Of a stretch of 55,668 bases of DNA, positions 28,829 to 37,736 are shown in pieces. The stretch covers positions 1 through 55,668 of the forward strand of contig CBDAFS010000020.1 of assembly GCA_965195285.1 (NCBI GenBank). The letters are read 5' to 3'. The position numbers were made by a program, and so were the translations under genes. Each line of letters opens with the position of its first letter. Position 1 is the stretch's first letter. Source of the stretch: an uncultured Aminicenantes bacterium. GTDB taxonomy: Bacteria; Acidobacteriota; Aminicenantia; UBA2199. The notes under the pieces are model-generated. The model was not told the origin of the DNA. It saw only the letters and a list, made by a program, of their open reading frames with translations, and searched no databases.

Positions 28829-31207
28829 TCAGGTGATTTTTTGCAGTTTTTTAACCATCTCGATACCGTCACGGGCATAGTAGACATTGGCCCGGTCGGC
28901 CAGCTTCTGGTTAACCACTGCGCCACCGATAAATATTTTTATAGGTTTTAGTTTGTCCCGGTGCTTGATCAATTCCACTGTAGACAGCATCACCGGAACC
29001 GTGGTGGTCATCAGGGTAGATAACCCAATGACATCAACCTGATTCTGTTCCGCCTTTGATATGATCAACTCCGGGGCCACATCCTTGCCCAGATCAAATA
29101 CCGTATAATTAAAACTTTCCAGTATACTCACAATGATGTTTTTTCCAATATCGTGAATATCCCCTTTGACCGTTGCCAGCAGTACTCTGGTTCCCCGGGA
29201 TTCAGCATGCCGGGGCAGCTTCTTTTTTATTTCCGGTAAAATGGTCTTGACCGCATCGGCTGAAGCAATGAGCTGGGGAAGAAATAATTCCTTGCGGTGA
29301 TACCGCCTGCCTACTTCATCCATGGCCGGGATGACGAAGTCGTTAATCACCTGAAGGGGATTTTTTTCTGCCAGCAGCCCGGTAATGTTTTCCCGGGCGC
29401 TATCGCCGTCTCCATCCAAAATATTTTCATACAGATCATGGCTGCCCTCATGAACCTGATCAACCACGCGCTTTTCGACTGTTGAAAATGTATCCGTGAA
29501 TACGGTCAGCTCTTTTCTGGATCCGGTTTTTAAAAAATTCAGGGTCAGCAAATGGTTCCGGATGGATTCATGTAGAGGGTTGGCAATCACTATATCCAGC
29601 CCCTTGGACACGGCCATGGATAGATAAACCGCATTGACCAGCTCACGGTTGGGCAACCCGAAGGAAATATTGGATAAACCGATAATGGTCCGGTTTTCCG
29701 GAAACTCCCTTTTCAAACCCTCCAGGGTATTCAGGGTTACATCGACTTTTTTAATCTCGGCACCGGCACTGAGTACCAGCGGATCAAAAATAATATTTTT
29801 CAGGGGAATGCCGTATTCTTTTGCCCGCGCAACCGTATTCCTGGCAATGGCAAGTCGCTTTTCAGGAGAGTCGGAGATACCCTCTTCATCAATCAGGGCA
29901 GCAATAAAGGCCATATTATACTTCCTGGCCAAAGGCAGCAATTGATCCTGGGAGTGTTTTTCCCCGGAAATGGAGTTGATCACCCCTTTTCCTGCATAGA
30001 GCTGGCAAAAAATCTCCACATATTTGGGATCGGTAGTATCAATAACGAGGGGTATGTTCACCATGTTCTGAACACTCTTGATGATATTTTTGACCACCTG
30101 AAGATCAAGATCGTGGATATTGAGATTGATATCCAGGGCATTGCTCCCCAGCTTTTCCTGCTCGCGGGCATCATACTTAACCGTGGTCAATTTGCCACCC
30201 AAAATTTCCCGTCTCAATTTTTTTCTTCCGGTGGGGTTAATCCTCTCTCCCACCAGAAAGACCCTGTCGGTTGATACCGTGATCATATTGTTACGGGTGG
30301 AAAGGAACAGATCATCCTTAACCTGTCGTTTTAAAACCGGCTTGCCTTTAAACCTGCTGGAAAGATGGTTGGTGAAATCAGGATTTGATCCGCAGCAGGA
30401 GCCGATCATTGAAACCCCCAGTTCGTAGATATCTTCCATGAAATCGGCAAACTCCACAGGTTCGACCTTGAAAACCGTTTTCCCCTTTTCCATGACCGGC
30501 ATTCCGGCATTGGGCTGGCACAATATCGGCAGAGTTGAATAACGGGTGATTTTTTCCATAACCATCTTCATGTTTCCCAGAGAATTTCCGCAGTTAGCCC
30601 CCATAGCGGTCAGGTCAACAAAATCAGAGGTTACGGCAAACACCCGGCCATCGGTTCCGGAAATACTCAAATCATCATTTGGAAAACTCATACAGGCCAC
30701 TACCGGTATCTTCACCGCTGACAGGGCACCTACAACCGCTGCCCGGAATTCCTGGATCTCGGTAATGGTTTCGATCAGTATGAAATCAACCCCGGCTGCC
30801 TCCAGAATGGCTGCCTGCCGGGAAAAGGTTGTCAGTGCCCGGGCAAAATCGAGCTCACCCAGCGGATCAATCAGTTTACCGCAAGGTCCGATATTACCGG
30901 CCACCCATACCGGGTATTTTTCCGCCACCTTGCGGGCAATGCCTGCTGCCGCCCGGTTGATCTTCTCCATGTTCTTTCCCAGAGAGACCTCTTTGAGTTT
31001 CAGTTCCGATGCCCCGAAGGTGTTGGTGGTGATGAAATCCGCCCCGCTCCGGGCATACTCCTCCTGAATATCTGAGATTAATTCCGGTCTTGAAAGGTTC
31101 AGTTCATCCGGAATAAAGGGCGGATTGATCCTGGTTTCCAGCAATGCCCCCATGCTCCCATCCCCGATAATCACCTGTTTGCCCAGAACATCTTTTATTT
31201 TCTTCAT
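28829..31207 (-). CDS. metH: Cobalamin-dependent methionine synthase (Hcy-, pterin- and B12-binding domains; no AdoMet reactivation domain)
   Basis: DGSMG, TNTFGA, GANC, GSCCG, GERINPTG, TVKGDIHDIGKN, GGAV; protein ends after the B12 domain. Confidence 0.9.
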   Translation of the reverse strand: MKKIKDVLGKQVIIGDGSMGALLETRINPPFIPDELNLSRPELISDIQEEYARSGADFITTNTFGASELKLKEVSLGKNMEKINRAAAGIARKVAEKYPVWVAGNIGPCGKLIDPLGELDFARALTTFSRQAAILEAAGVDFILIETITEIQEFRAAVVGALSAVKIPVVACMSFPNDDLSISGTDGRVFAVTSDFVDLTAMGANCGNSLGNMKMVMEKITRYSTLPILCQPNAGMPVMEKGKTVFKVEPVEFADFMEDIYELGVSMIGSCCGSNPDFTNHLSSRFKGKPVLKRQVKDDLFLSTRNNMITVSTDRVFLVGERINPTGRKKLRREILGGKLTTVKYDAREQEKLGSNALDINLNIHDLDLQVVKNIIKSVQNMVNIPLVIDTTDPKYVEIFCQLYAGKGVINSISGEKHSQDQLLPLARKYNMAFIAALIDEEGISDSPEKRLAIARNTVARAKEYGIPLKNIIFDPLVLSAGAEIKKVDVTLNTLEGLKREFPENRTIIGLSNISFGLPNRELVNAVYLSMAVSKGLDIVIANPLHESIRNHLLTLNFLKTGSRKELTVFTDTFSTVEKRVVDQVHEGSHDLYENILDGDGDSARENITGLLAEKNPLQVINDFVIPAMDEVGRRYHRKELFLPQLIASADAVKTILPEIKKKLPRHAESRGTRVLLATVKGDIHDIGKNIIVSILESFNYTVFDLGKDVAPELIISKAEQNQVDVIGLSTLMTTTVPVMLSTVELIKHRDKLKPIKIFIGGAVVNQKLADRANVYYARDGIEMVKKLQKIT

Positions 31208-31281
31208 GCTGTCTCTCTAAAAAAACCATTATAACCGAAACCAAATCCCCAGGCAACCGGATGAGAGAACAAATAACATCT

Positions 31282-31304
31282 GTAGGGGTTCAATATCTTG
31301 AACC
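31282..31304 (+). repeat. GTAG-type REP at the left edge of the AT-rich islet
   Basis: GTAGGGGTTCAATATCTTGAACC, 22/23 identical to the REP at 4188 inside the RAYT gene. Confidence 0.75.
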
Positions 31305-31535
31305 ACGATTTTTTATATCAGAGTGAGAAAACTTTTCTCTAAAAGTGGAGAAAACTAATTTGAAAAAATATTACAAATAGTGAAACAATAATCATTTGCT
31401 CTATTGACTAAAAGATTCTTTTAGTTTATTTCTTAAACACTATGATAATTTTTTTTGTTAATTTCAATTAACATATGTAAAAACAAAATTAAGGGGTTTA
31501 AGTATGTCAGCACAGAATCAAAAAGGAGACTCATT

Positions 31536-31668
31536 ATGGAACCATATAAGAACTTAGGGGGAGATTCTGGAGTCTCAGCCTATGAAATTGCTTGCTAAGA
31601 CAGGAGTAGGATTGAATAGCTTTATTAAGAAATATGTTAATAAGGGCTACGAATTAAAACTGAGATAA
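31536..31668 (+). pseudogene. Internally deleted, frameshifted small gene (KTSC-like family remnant)
   Basis: AAGGAG RBS; frame 1 MEPYKNLGGDSGVSAYEI, then +1 frame LAKTGVGLNSFIKKYVNKGYELKLR*. These resemble the two ends of a ~70-aa family recalled from memory, with the middle missing. Confidence 0.6.
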
Positions 31669-31714
31669 AAATAAGTGCACCTCTTGCATAATACACGGTT
31701 GGATATATAGATAA

Positions 31715-32179
31715 ATGACTAAAGAAACAGCAGAACTAAAAATATTCTTTGACAATCCAAAGACATATGAAATACAGAATATAAAGCCATTAACGGGGCT
31801 GACAGGGCTATATTTCATTTTTAACAACAAGACAAAAATTCAATACCCTTTCAAACAATCTCGATTGCTCTACATTGGAATGAGCGAGAAGAAAACAAAC
31901 AGCATCGGTAGCCGACTTACAGAACATTTTGAGGGTAAAAGCAAGAACTGGGGACTTATCAACTACGGCAAGGCAGGAAAACTTTATTTTACTTATATAA
32001 ACTTCGAAATGCTTCGGAAGTTCTGGAGTAACAGGGTTGAAGACCTTGAAAGTTATTTCATTCTAGATTTCGTTGAAAAATATGGTGTGTATCCTATCTG
32101 TAACAATAAATCCGGGTATGAGATATTATATAAAAAATTAAAGGCCAACTTCATAATTGATTGGCCATATTTTGAATAA
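31715..32179 (+). CDS. GIY-YIG superfamily nuclease
   Basis: GLYFI...LLYIGMS, SRLTEH (Arg/His), DLESYFI (catalytic Glu), PICN (Asn). Confidence 0.75.
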   Translation: MTKETAELKIFFDNPKTYEIQNIKPLTGLTGLYFIFNNKTKIQYPFKQSRLLYIGMSEKKTNSIGSRLTEHFEGKSKNWGLINYGKAGKLYFTYINFEMLRKFWSNRVEDLESYFILDFVEKYGVYPICNNKSGYEILYKKLKANFIIDWPYFE

Positions 32180-32205
32180 AATACAAAAAACAGCGGCATT
32201 ACACC

Positions 32206-32415
32206 ATGAGTGACGAGATCAAAACGGGTAAAGAGGTAATTGACGAATTCTTCGCAAAGATTCTGAATATAGAAGGGATAGATAAAAAAACTGTTGCGAA
32301 GCTGACTTCCTTGTATAATGAAGGGAAACTAACCGATACTAACATCCAGAATGCAATGGATCAACTATTTCAAGAAGAACTCGATACAACCGAGGAAAAA
32401 GATGGTAAAGATTAA
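32206..32415 (+). CDS. Small acidic helical protein (69 aa)
   Basis: Lies between nuclease and ATPase; overlaps the ATPase start by 14 bp. Confidence 0.7.
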   Translation: MSDEIKTGKEVIDEFFAKILNIEGIDKKTVAKLTSLYNEGKLTDTNIQNAMDQLFQEELDTTEEKDGKD

Positions 32416-34822
32416 ATCAATCATAATCAGTGGAATTAGAGGCATCAAAGATCCCGTACTGTTAAATCTTAACAACAAGTCGACTCTCATATTTGGTGAG
32501 AATGGATCCGGCAAAAGCTCTTTGACCGATGCCATTGAGTGGTACTATTCAGATGGTGTTAAGCATTTGGTTAGTGAAGAAACAGTCTCAACCAAAGGGA
32601 GAGGTTCATTGCGTAATCTATTTATTTCTGATAAAGAAGATGCATTCGTTAACATTCAGTACTCCAACAACAAATTGAATGCAATAAAAACTATTGACAA
32701 TTCATTAAGTACATCTACCTCCAATATGAAAGATGATACCAAAGACTATTTGTTCGCTACTCAATCAGAAAATTTAATTCTACGCTACAGAGATTTGGTG
32801 GGATTCATAATCGCCCCAAAGACCGATAAGCTTAAAAAACTCCAGAATATTATTGGCTTTTCTGCTGTTGCTGATATCCGTGATCTTCTCAAGAAGTCTG
32901 CTGGAAGAATCGCTCGCAACATCAAATCAGCCAACTATGATAATCAAAAAGATGCCCAACAATCTGTTGTTCTCGAAAACCTCGGGCAGAATGCTCATAC
33001 CGATGACCAACTTTTTTCAGGAGCAAATCAACTAATAAAACCTTTGCAAATTAGAAAGGACATCAAATCGCATAATGACATTCAAGATGTTCTAAAATCG
33101 ATTGAAACCAAAGAAGACACAGCTCTTTTTGAGCAAATCAGATTCTATAAGAAAGTTTCAGAAGATCTAACGGAAATTGTCGGGAACCTCGATAGCATAC
33201 ACTCAAGCTATACAGATTATCACACAATCTACACCGAATTTCGAAAAGATCCTGAGAATATTCAAAAACTACAACTCCTCGCTTTACTGAAAGAAGGACA
33301 GAGTGTTTTGAAAAACGATGTTATGCAGGATGATCACTGTCCACTCTGCCTTCAAGAAAAAAGCAAAATAGAACTGATTAAAGAATTAAATGAAAGGATT
33401 GAAGAATATGAGGAACTAGAAGTAAAAAAGGACAATATTGAAGAACAAGGACAGAAATTAAAAGATATTCTACGAGTCAACTTCATTACGATTGATGGAC
33501 TACTCAAAGAGAAGTTTTTCAAAGATGAACAGCAAGCCAGACTTCTTGGGAAGGTTCAACAAATTAAAACATCATTGAATGCCTTTTTTGATGAACTAGG
33601 AAGGGAATTAGCAGCTAAAGACCCAATTCAGGAGCCTAGCAAATTACAGATTGATAAGAAAAAAATATCCGAGTCATCAAAGGAAGCGCAAAACACAGCG
33701 AAAGCACTCATAGAAAGCAAGAGCTCAAATATAAAATTCCAAATTTATACCGAGCTATTTCACTCAGTTACCGCTTTCAAAAAATATCAAAGTATCAAAA
33801 GACAACAAGAAATACTGACAAAACAACAGGTGACATTCCAACTTCTATTTGCTGATTTTATCAAACGGCAAGAAGAGGCTCTAAATGTGTTTCTGAATAT
33901 GTTCTCCGCAAACATAAATGAATATTACACTACCATGAATCCCAATGAGAAAATTGAGGATATAAAGATAGTGCCAATCAAGGACAAAAACGATGACCTG
34001 GTCGGAATAACCATCGAGTATAGCTTCTTTGATGAGACCAAAACACCGCCAATCGCCTATTTGAGTGAAAGTCATATAAACTGTCTTGGCCTTTCTTTTT
34101 TCTTAGCTTCTGTTAAAGCATTTAATAAGCAGAATGAGTTTTTTGTCCTTGACGATGTTATTTCAAGTTTCGACAGGGCACACCGATCAAGATTCGCAAA
34201 ATTGCTCACTGATAAGTTTGGCAAATACCAAGTTCTATTGCTTACACATGAGCGGGGGTTTTTTGAATTAGTGGCCAGTGATGTTAAGAGCAAAGGGTGG
34301 CTAATTCAAGATTTTAAGTGGTCAAAAGAGAACGGAGTAGCAATTGAAGAAGGCATAAGTGACATTAAGGAGCGTATTCTCAAGAAATTTGAGGACAAGA
34401 ACAAAGAAGGGCTTGGTAATGATATCAGGGTTTATACTGAAAAAGTTATGAAAGAGATTGCCTACAACATAGAGGCCCAAGTGGCTTTTAGATATAATGA
34501 AATCAATGAAAAAAGAATGGCATCTGAACTATTGGATACTGTGCATAGTCGAATTTCAAAGAAGGGAAATGAATTAAAGGATAAGGCCAACATTCAAAAA
34601 CTGAAGGGAATGCCAATGTTCGTAGCAAATGTCACGTCTCATGACAATAAGTTCACAGAAAGTATTGAAGACTTAGCAGCAATATGGGAAGATATTGTGG
34701 AGATCCTCCATGTCTTTTACTGCGACGAATGTAAAAAGTTTATTTCTATAAAATATTTTGACAATGTAGAAAACAAAATAAGGTGTGGGTGTGGGAAGTT
34801 AACCTATGACTGGAAGAAGTAA
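32402..34822 (+). CDS. Rad50/SbcC/RloC-like ABC ATPase with coiled coil, zinc hook and HEPN-like/Zn-ribbon C-terminal extension
   Basis: Walker A GENGSGKSS, hook HCPLC, signature LSES, Walker B/D-loop VLDDVISSFD, H-loop LTHE; tail GNDIRVYTE...NVTSH and CDEC...CGC. Start set to ATG 32402. Confidence 0.85.
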   Translation: MVKIKSIIISGIRGIKDPVLLNLNNKSTLIFGENGSGKSSLTDAIEWYYSDGVKHLVSEETVSTKGRGSLRNLFISDKEDAFVNIQYSNNKLNAIKTIDNSLSTSTSNMKDDTKDYLFATQSENLILRYRDLVGFIIAPKTDKLKKLQNIIGFSAVADIRDLLKKSAGRIARNIKSANYDNQKDAQQSVVLENLGQNAHTDDQLFSGANQLIKPLQIRKDIKSHNDIQDVLKSIETKEDTALFEQIRFYKKVSEDLTEIVGNLDSIHSSYTDYHTIYTEFRKDPENIQKLQLLALLKEGQSVLKNDVMQDDHCPLCLQEKSKIELIKELNERIEEYEELEVKKDNIEEQGQKLKDILRVNFITIDGLLKEKFFKDEQQARLLGKVQQIKTSLNAFFDELGRELAAKDPIQEPSKLQIDKKKISESSKEAQNTAKALIESKSSNIKFQIYTELFHSVTAFKKYQSIKRQQEILTKQQVTFQLLFADFIKRQEEALNVFLNMFSANINEYYTTMNPNEKIEDIKIVPIKDKNDDLVGITIEYSFFDETKTPPIAYLSESHINCLGLSFFLASVKAFNKQNEFFVLDDVISSFDRAHRSRFAKLLTDKFGKYQVLLLTHERGFFELVASDVKSKGWLIQDFKWSKENGVAIEEGISDIKERILKKFEDKNKEGLGNDIRVYTEKVMKEIAYNIEAQVAFRYNEINEKRMASELLDTVHSRISKKGNELKDKANIQKLKGMPMFVANVTSHDNKFTESIEDLAAIWEDIVEILHVFYCDECKKFISIKYFDNVENKIRCGCGKLTYDWKK

Positions 34823-34848
34823 TGCTCTTGGCAAATTATAGAAGAAGT

Positions 34849-34898
34849 GGGGATGGTGCTTTGAAACTTGAAATTTTAAAAAACAAGATCTGAGCCCC
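34849..34898. repeat. Imperfect palindrome GGGGATGGTGCTT...CAAGATCTGAGCCCC at the right edge of the islet
   Basis: GGGG/CCCC ends, between convergent genes; related to 3308-3354 and 35887. Confidence 0.55.
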
Positions 34899-34904
34899 AA
34901 AATG

Positions 34905-35342
34905 TTAGGAATAGTAGATCTTTATAATCGAAAGAACACTCATTCCTATTGAAGCCATGATCCACAATAGACCAAATATATACCCTGTGACCTGAGAACT
35001 ATTACTGCCTACTTTTTTACCGGCTTTACGTAGAAACAGCCGGGAAAGTATAATGTATCCTGAAAAATATATAAAGATACCGCTGCCAATGAGTGCAAAC
35101 ACCGGCCAATAAGGGAGTTCAAGCAACATCATTACCGCTGAGACTGGCAGCATCCATGTCAATGCCATGTCGTTCGCCCCAAGCACTTTTGCATCTATAA
35201 TATAAAATGTGTCGTCCATCTCTTCCTTTGGCTCAAGCATTCCTAATTTTACAGCAAGACCGGGAAACAATAATGATAGCGATTGCCCTACCCAACATAT
35301 TGCGCCTACGATTATCACAAAAATTCCGATAGCTGTTGTCAT
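34905..35342 (-). CDS. Hypothetical membrane protein (4 TM)
   Basis: 145-aa hydrophobic ORF; GAGGA RBS. Confidence 0.75.
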   Translation of the reverse strand: MTTAIGIFVIIVGAICWVGQSLSLLFPGLAVKLGMLEPKEEMDDTFYIIDAKVLGANDMALTWMLPVSAVMMLLELPYWPVFALIGSGIFIYFSGYIILSRLFLRKAGKKVGSNSSQVTGYIFGLLWIMASIGMSVLSIIKIYYS

Positions 35343-35591
35343 ATTGGTGTCCTCATATTTTGTTGATAACGCCTACCTATTAATAAATATCAGTATATTT
35401 TATTAAAATAAGAAAGAAATATCAATAAAAATTGATTTTGATTGGCTAAATTGTTAAAAAAGTGATATAATATAACAGTATTAAATTGAAATACTTATCA
35501 ATAAGACCTCAAATCCAGCGATTATCTACATTTACAGAACCGATACTAAAAAATAGAGGACAAATCAAGTAAATAATCAGATCGAGACATA

Positions 35592-35870
35592 ATGGAAAAT
35601 AAAAAACATGAAAAGTTAAAAAGAGGGAACGGATCAGACACCCTTCTGTACATAGAAGGTGAAACTACTCCCTTTACCGGCCTGGCAACAAGCTTGTACA
35701 AGACCGGCCAGGTGAGATTTAAAGGCAGGTATCAAAACGGGGTTCTCAACGGTAATGCCACCTGGTGGATGAGAAATGGCCAGAAAGAGTACGAAGCCAC
35801 GTATTCCAATGGGAAACTGAAGGCTTTTTGCTCAGATTCCGAGCTTAAAAAAACAAACAAAAAACCGTAA
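35592..35870 (+). CDS. Short MORN-variant/YwqK-like repeat protein
   Basis: PFTG...YKTGQ...YQNGVLNG...WMRNGQKEYEATYSNGK. Confidence 0.7.
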   Translation: MENKKHEKLKRGNGSDTLLYIEGETTPFTGLATSLYKTGQVRFKGRYQNGVLNGNATWWMRNGQKEYEATYSNGKLKAFCSDSELKKTNKKP

Positions 35871-36012
35871 ACCCGAACAAAGCTCCGGGGTCAGGTTTTT
35901 CATTTTAGCATTTGTCTTTTTTTTCTACTTTTCTATTATTCAACCACCCTGGCTTGCAAACATTGTTAAAAAATTGAAAAAATGATAATATGACTTTCGA
36001 AAAGGGAAACCC

Positions 36013-36456
36013 ATGAACGAGGACATTAAAAAAGAAATCATTAAAACCAGAGAAAAACTGGAGAAAAAACTGGATAAAGTTAAGGACATCTCGGAACTGG
36101 TTGGGAAAAATATCGACCGGGAATACCCCCAGGATTTCAATGAATTGTCCGAAACCGAACTGGATGCGGAGATGGGAAAGCGGGTGGTTTTTTTAAATGA
36201 AAATCTGAATATTATAAACAAGATCAATCAAAAAACCAGCAACAAAATCGTAAAATTATTACTATTCCTCCCCTATTCAATTCATTTTATGCTGACCAAA
36301 CCCGTGTTGCTGATGAAAAATTATTTACAGTTGAACCATATATTACTGGTTCGCCTTAAGCGGATGGCCGAGCGTCTGGACCAGATCGAGGCCCGGTTAG
36401 AAGACATGGAAGGCATGCAGGAATTCCTGACCAGAGATGGCCATAATAACCGTTGA
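36013..36456 (+). CDS. Hypothetical coiled-coil protein
   Basis: 147-aa ORF with AAGGG RBS; no recognised motif. Confidence 0.6.
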   Translation: MNEDIKKEIIKTREKLEKKLDKVKDISELVGKNIDREYPQDFNELSETELDAEMGKRVVFLNENLNIINKINQKTSNKIVKLLLFLPYSIHFMLTKPVLLMKNYLQLNHILLVRLKRMAERLDQIEARLEDMEGMQEFLTRDGHNNR

Positions 36457-36550
36457 GAACAAAAAGCAGCTGAGGAAGTTTGCGACCCGTTCTGGGTCCC
36501 GCCATAAAAACCTACCGCATCTACGAAAAAACCCTTTAATACAAATATGG

Positions 36551-37687
36551 CTATTGTTTTACCTGGACGTATCCCAGCCCATAGTCCCCGATGGCACCCA
36601 GGCCAAAAGTACCTCCATTAAAAGCCCCCGGATGAAAATATTCGGGAAAGACAGAGTCATATATTTTCACCTTACCGTCACTGGCATCATAGACATCCCG
36701 AAATACGATCGTTGAAGATGATTCCAAATCATACATACCAAAGGCTTTCAATTTTATGGTGCTGGTATTAAAGAAAAACATCCCATAACTTTTCAGGGTT
36801 GTCGCCAATAAATAAATGTATGGAGCCGAGGTTGTACCATTTCCATAATCAAGGATGGCGGCACTCACATTCCTGTTTTCCTGATATCCGGAAACTGCTA
36901 TTTGATCCAGAATCCATACTATCAAAATAGGAGGATTGGGAAACAATTGGAATTTAAAAATACATATTGCATAAAGCTGATTCTTTCCAAAGGCAAATAA
37001 GTACATCCCGTAGAGGTCAAGACTCTTGATTTCTTCACCGGCCGGTAAACTGAGTATCCGGGCCGGTGCCACATTGAATCCGGTTGCATTCCGTCTGAAC
37101 AGCTGTAATTGATTTCCGCCTGCAGCCAACACATAATTCGCATTGACTTCCACATCCTGAATATCAATGATTGGGGTTAACTGAACACTACCAATAGTAG
37201 TTTGATAGGAAAACACCTCTATACCTGAAAAATAACCGGGGGCTGTGGAATCATCCCCGTATTCCAGCACAAAGGCCTTTCCTCCCTGGGCAGCAATCCT
37301 TCGGGGCACGTCTCCGGTTACCGTCAGGGACTTCAACAATTCAGGACGCATTTTATCACTGACATCAACAAAGTGTATCTGATTGTTGAGGGTATCGGTC
37401 AAGATTACAATGTTTCCATCCACAGCCACCTGCTCAATAAAACAGCCGGACATCTGAAGCATACCGGTGATCACGTATAAGTACGGATTGCTCATATTAA
37501 CAATCTTGAATCCCCCGGCTCCGTCAGCCAGAAAGACATAATAATCACTGATTGCAATTCCCCGGGTATCACCATTTGTATTGGCATTTTTTTCAATAAC
37601 TTCAATCTGAGAATAAACCGGATATATCCAAACCAGTATAAGAAACAGAATTCCCAGCAGCTTTCTAATCTGAAATATATTCATCAT
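36551..37687 (-). CDS. Secreted LVIVD-repeat (beta-propeller) protein
   Basis: Signal peptide; YVFLADGAGGFKIVNMSNP and IHFVDVSDKMRP repeats; AGGAGG RBS. Confidence 0.75.
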   Translation of the reverse strand: MMNIFQIRKLLGILFLILVWIYPVYSQIEVIEKNANTNGDTRGIAISDYYVFLADGAGGFKIVNMSNPYLYVITGMLQMSGCFIEQVAVDGNIVILTDTLNNQIHFVDVSDKMRPELLKSLTVTGDVPRRIAAQGGKAFVLEYGDDSTAPGYFSGIEVFSYQTTIGSVQLTPIIDIQDVEVNANYVLAAGGNQLQLFRRNATGFNVAPARILSLPAGEEIKSLDLYGMYLFAFGKNQLYAICIFKFQLFPNPPILIVWILDQIAVSGYQENRNVSAAILDYGNGTTSAPYIYLLATTLKSYGMFFFNTSTIKLKAFGMYDLESSSTIVFRDVYDASDGKVKIYDSVFPEYFHPGAFNGGTFGLGAIGDYGLGYVQVKQ

Positions 37688-37736
37688 CTTTGCCTCCTAT
37701 TTTCCTGATCATATTGTCAGCAATGCTACCTCTGAC

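Noticed and set aside
32402-34822. Housekeeping SbcC/RecN/RecF
   Set aside because: No sbcD partner, an atypical LSES signature, an extra C-terminal domains and a foreign-looking islet context.
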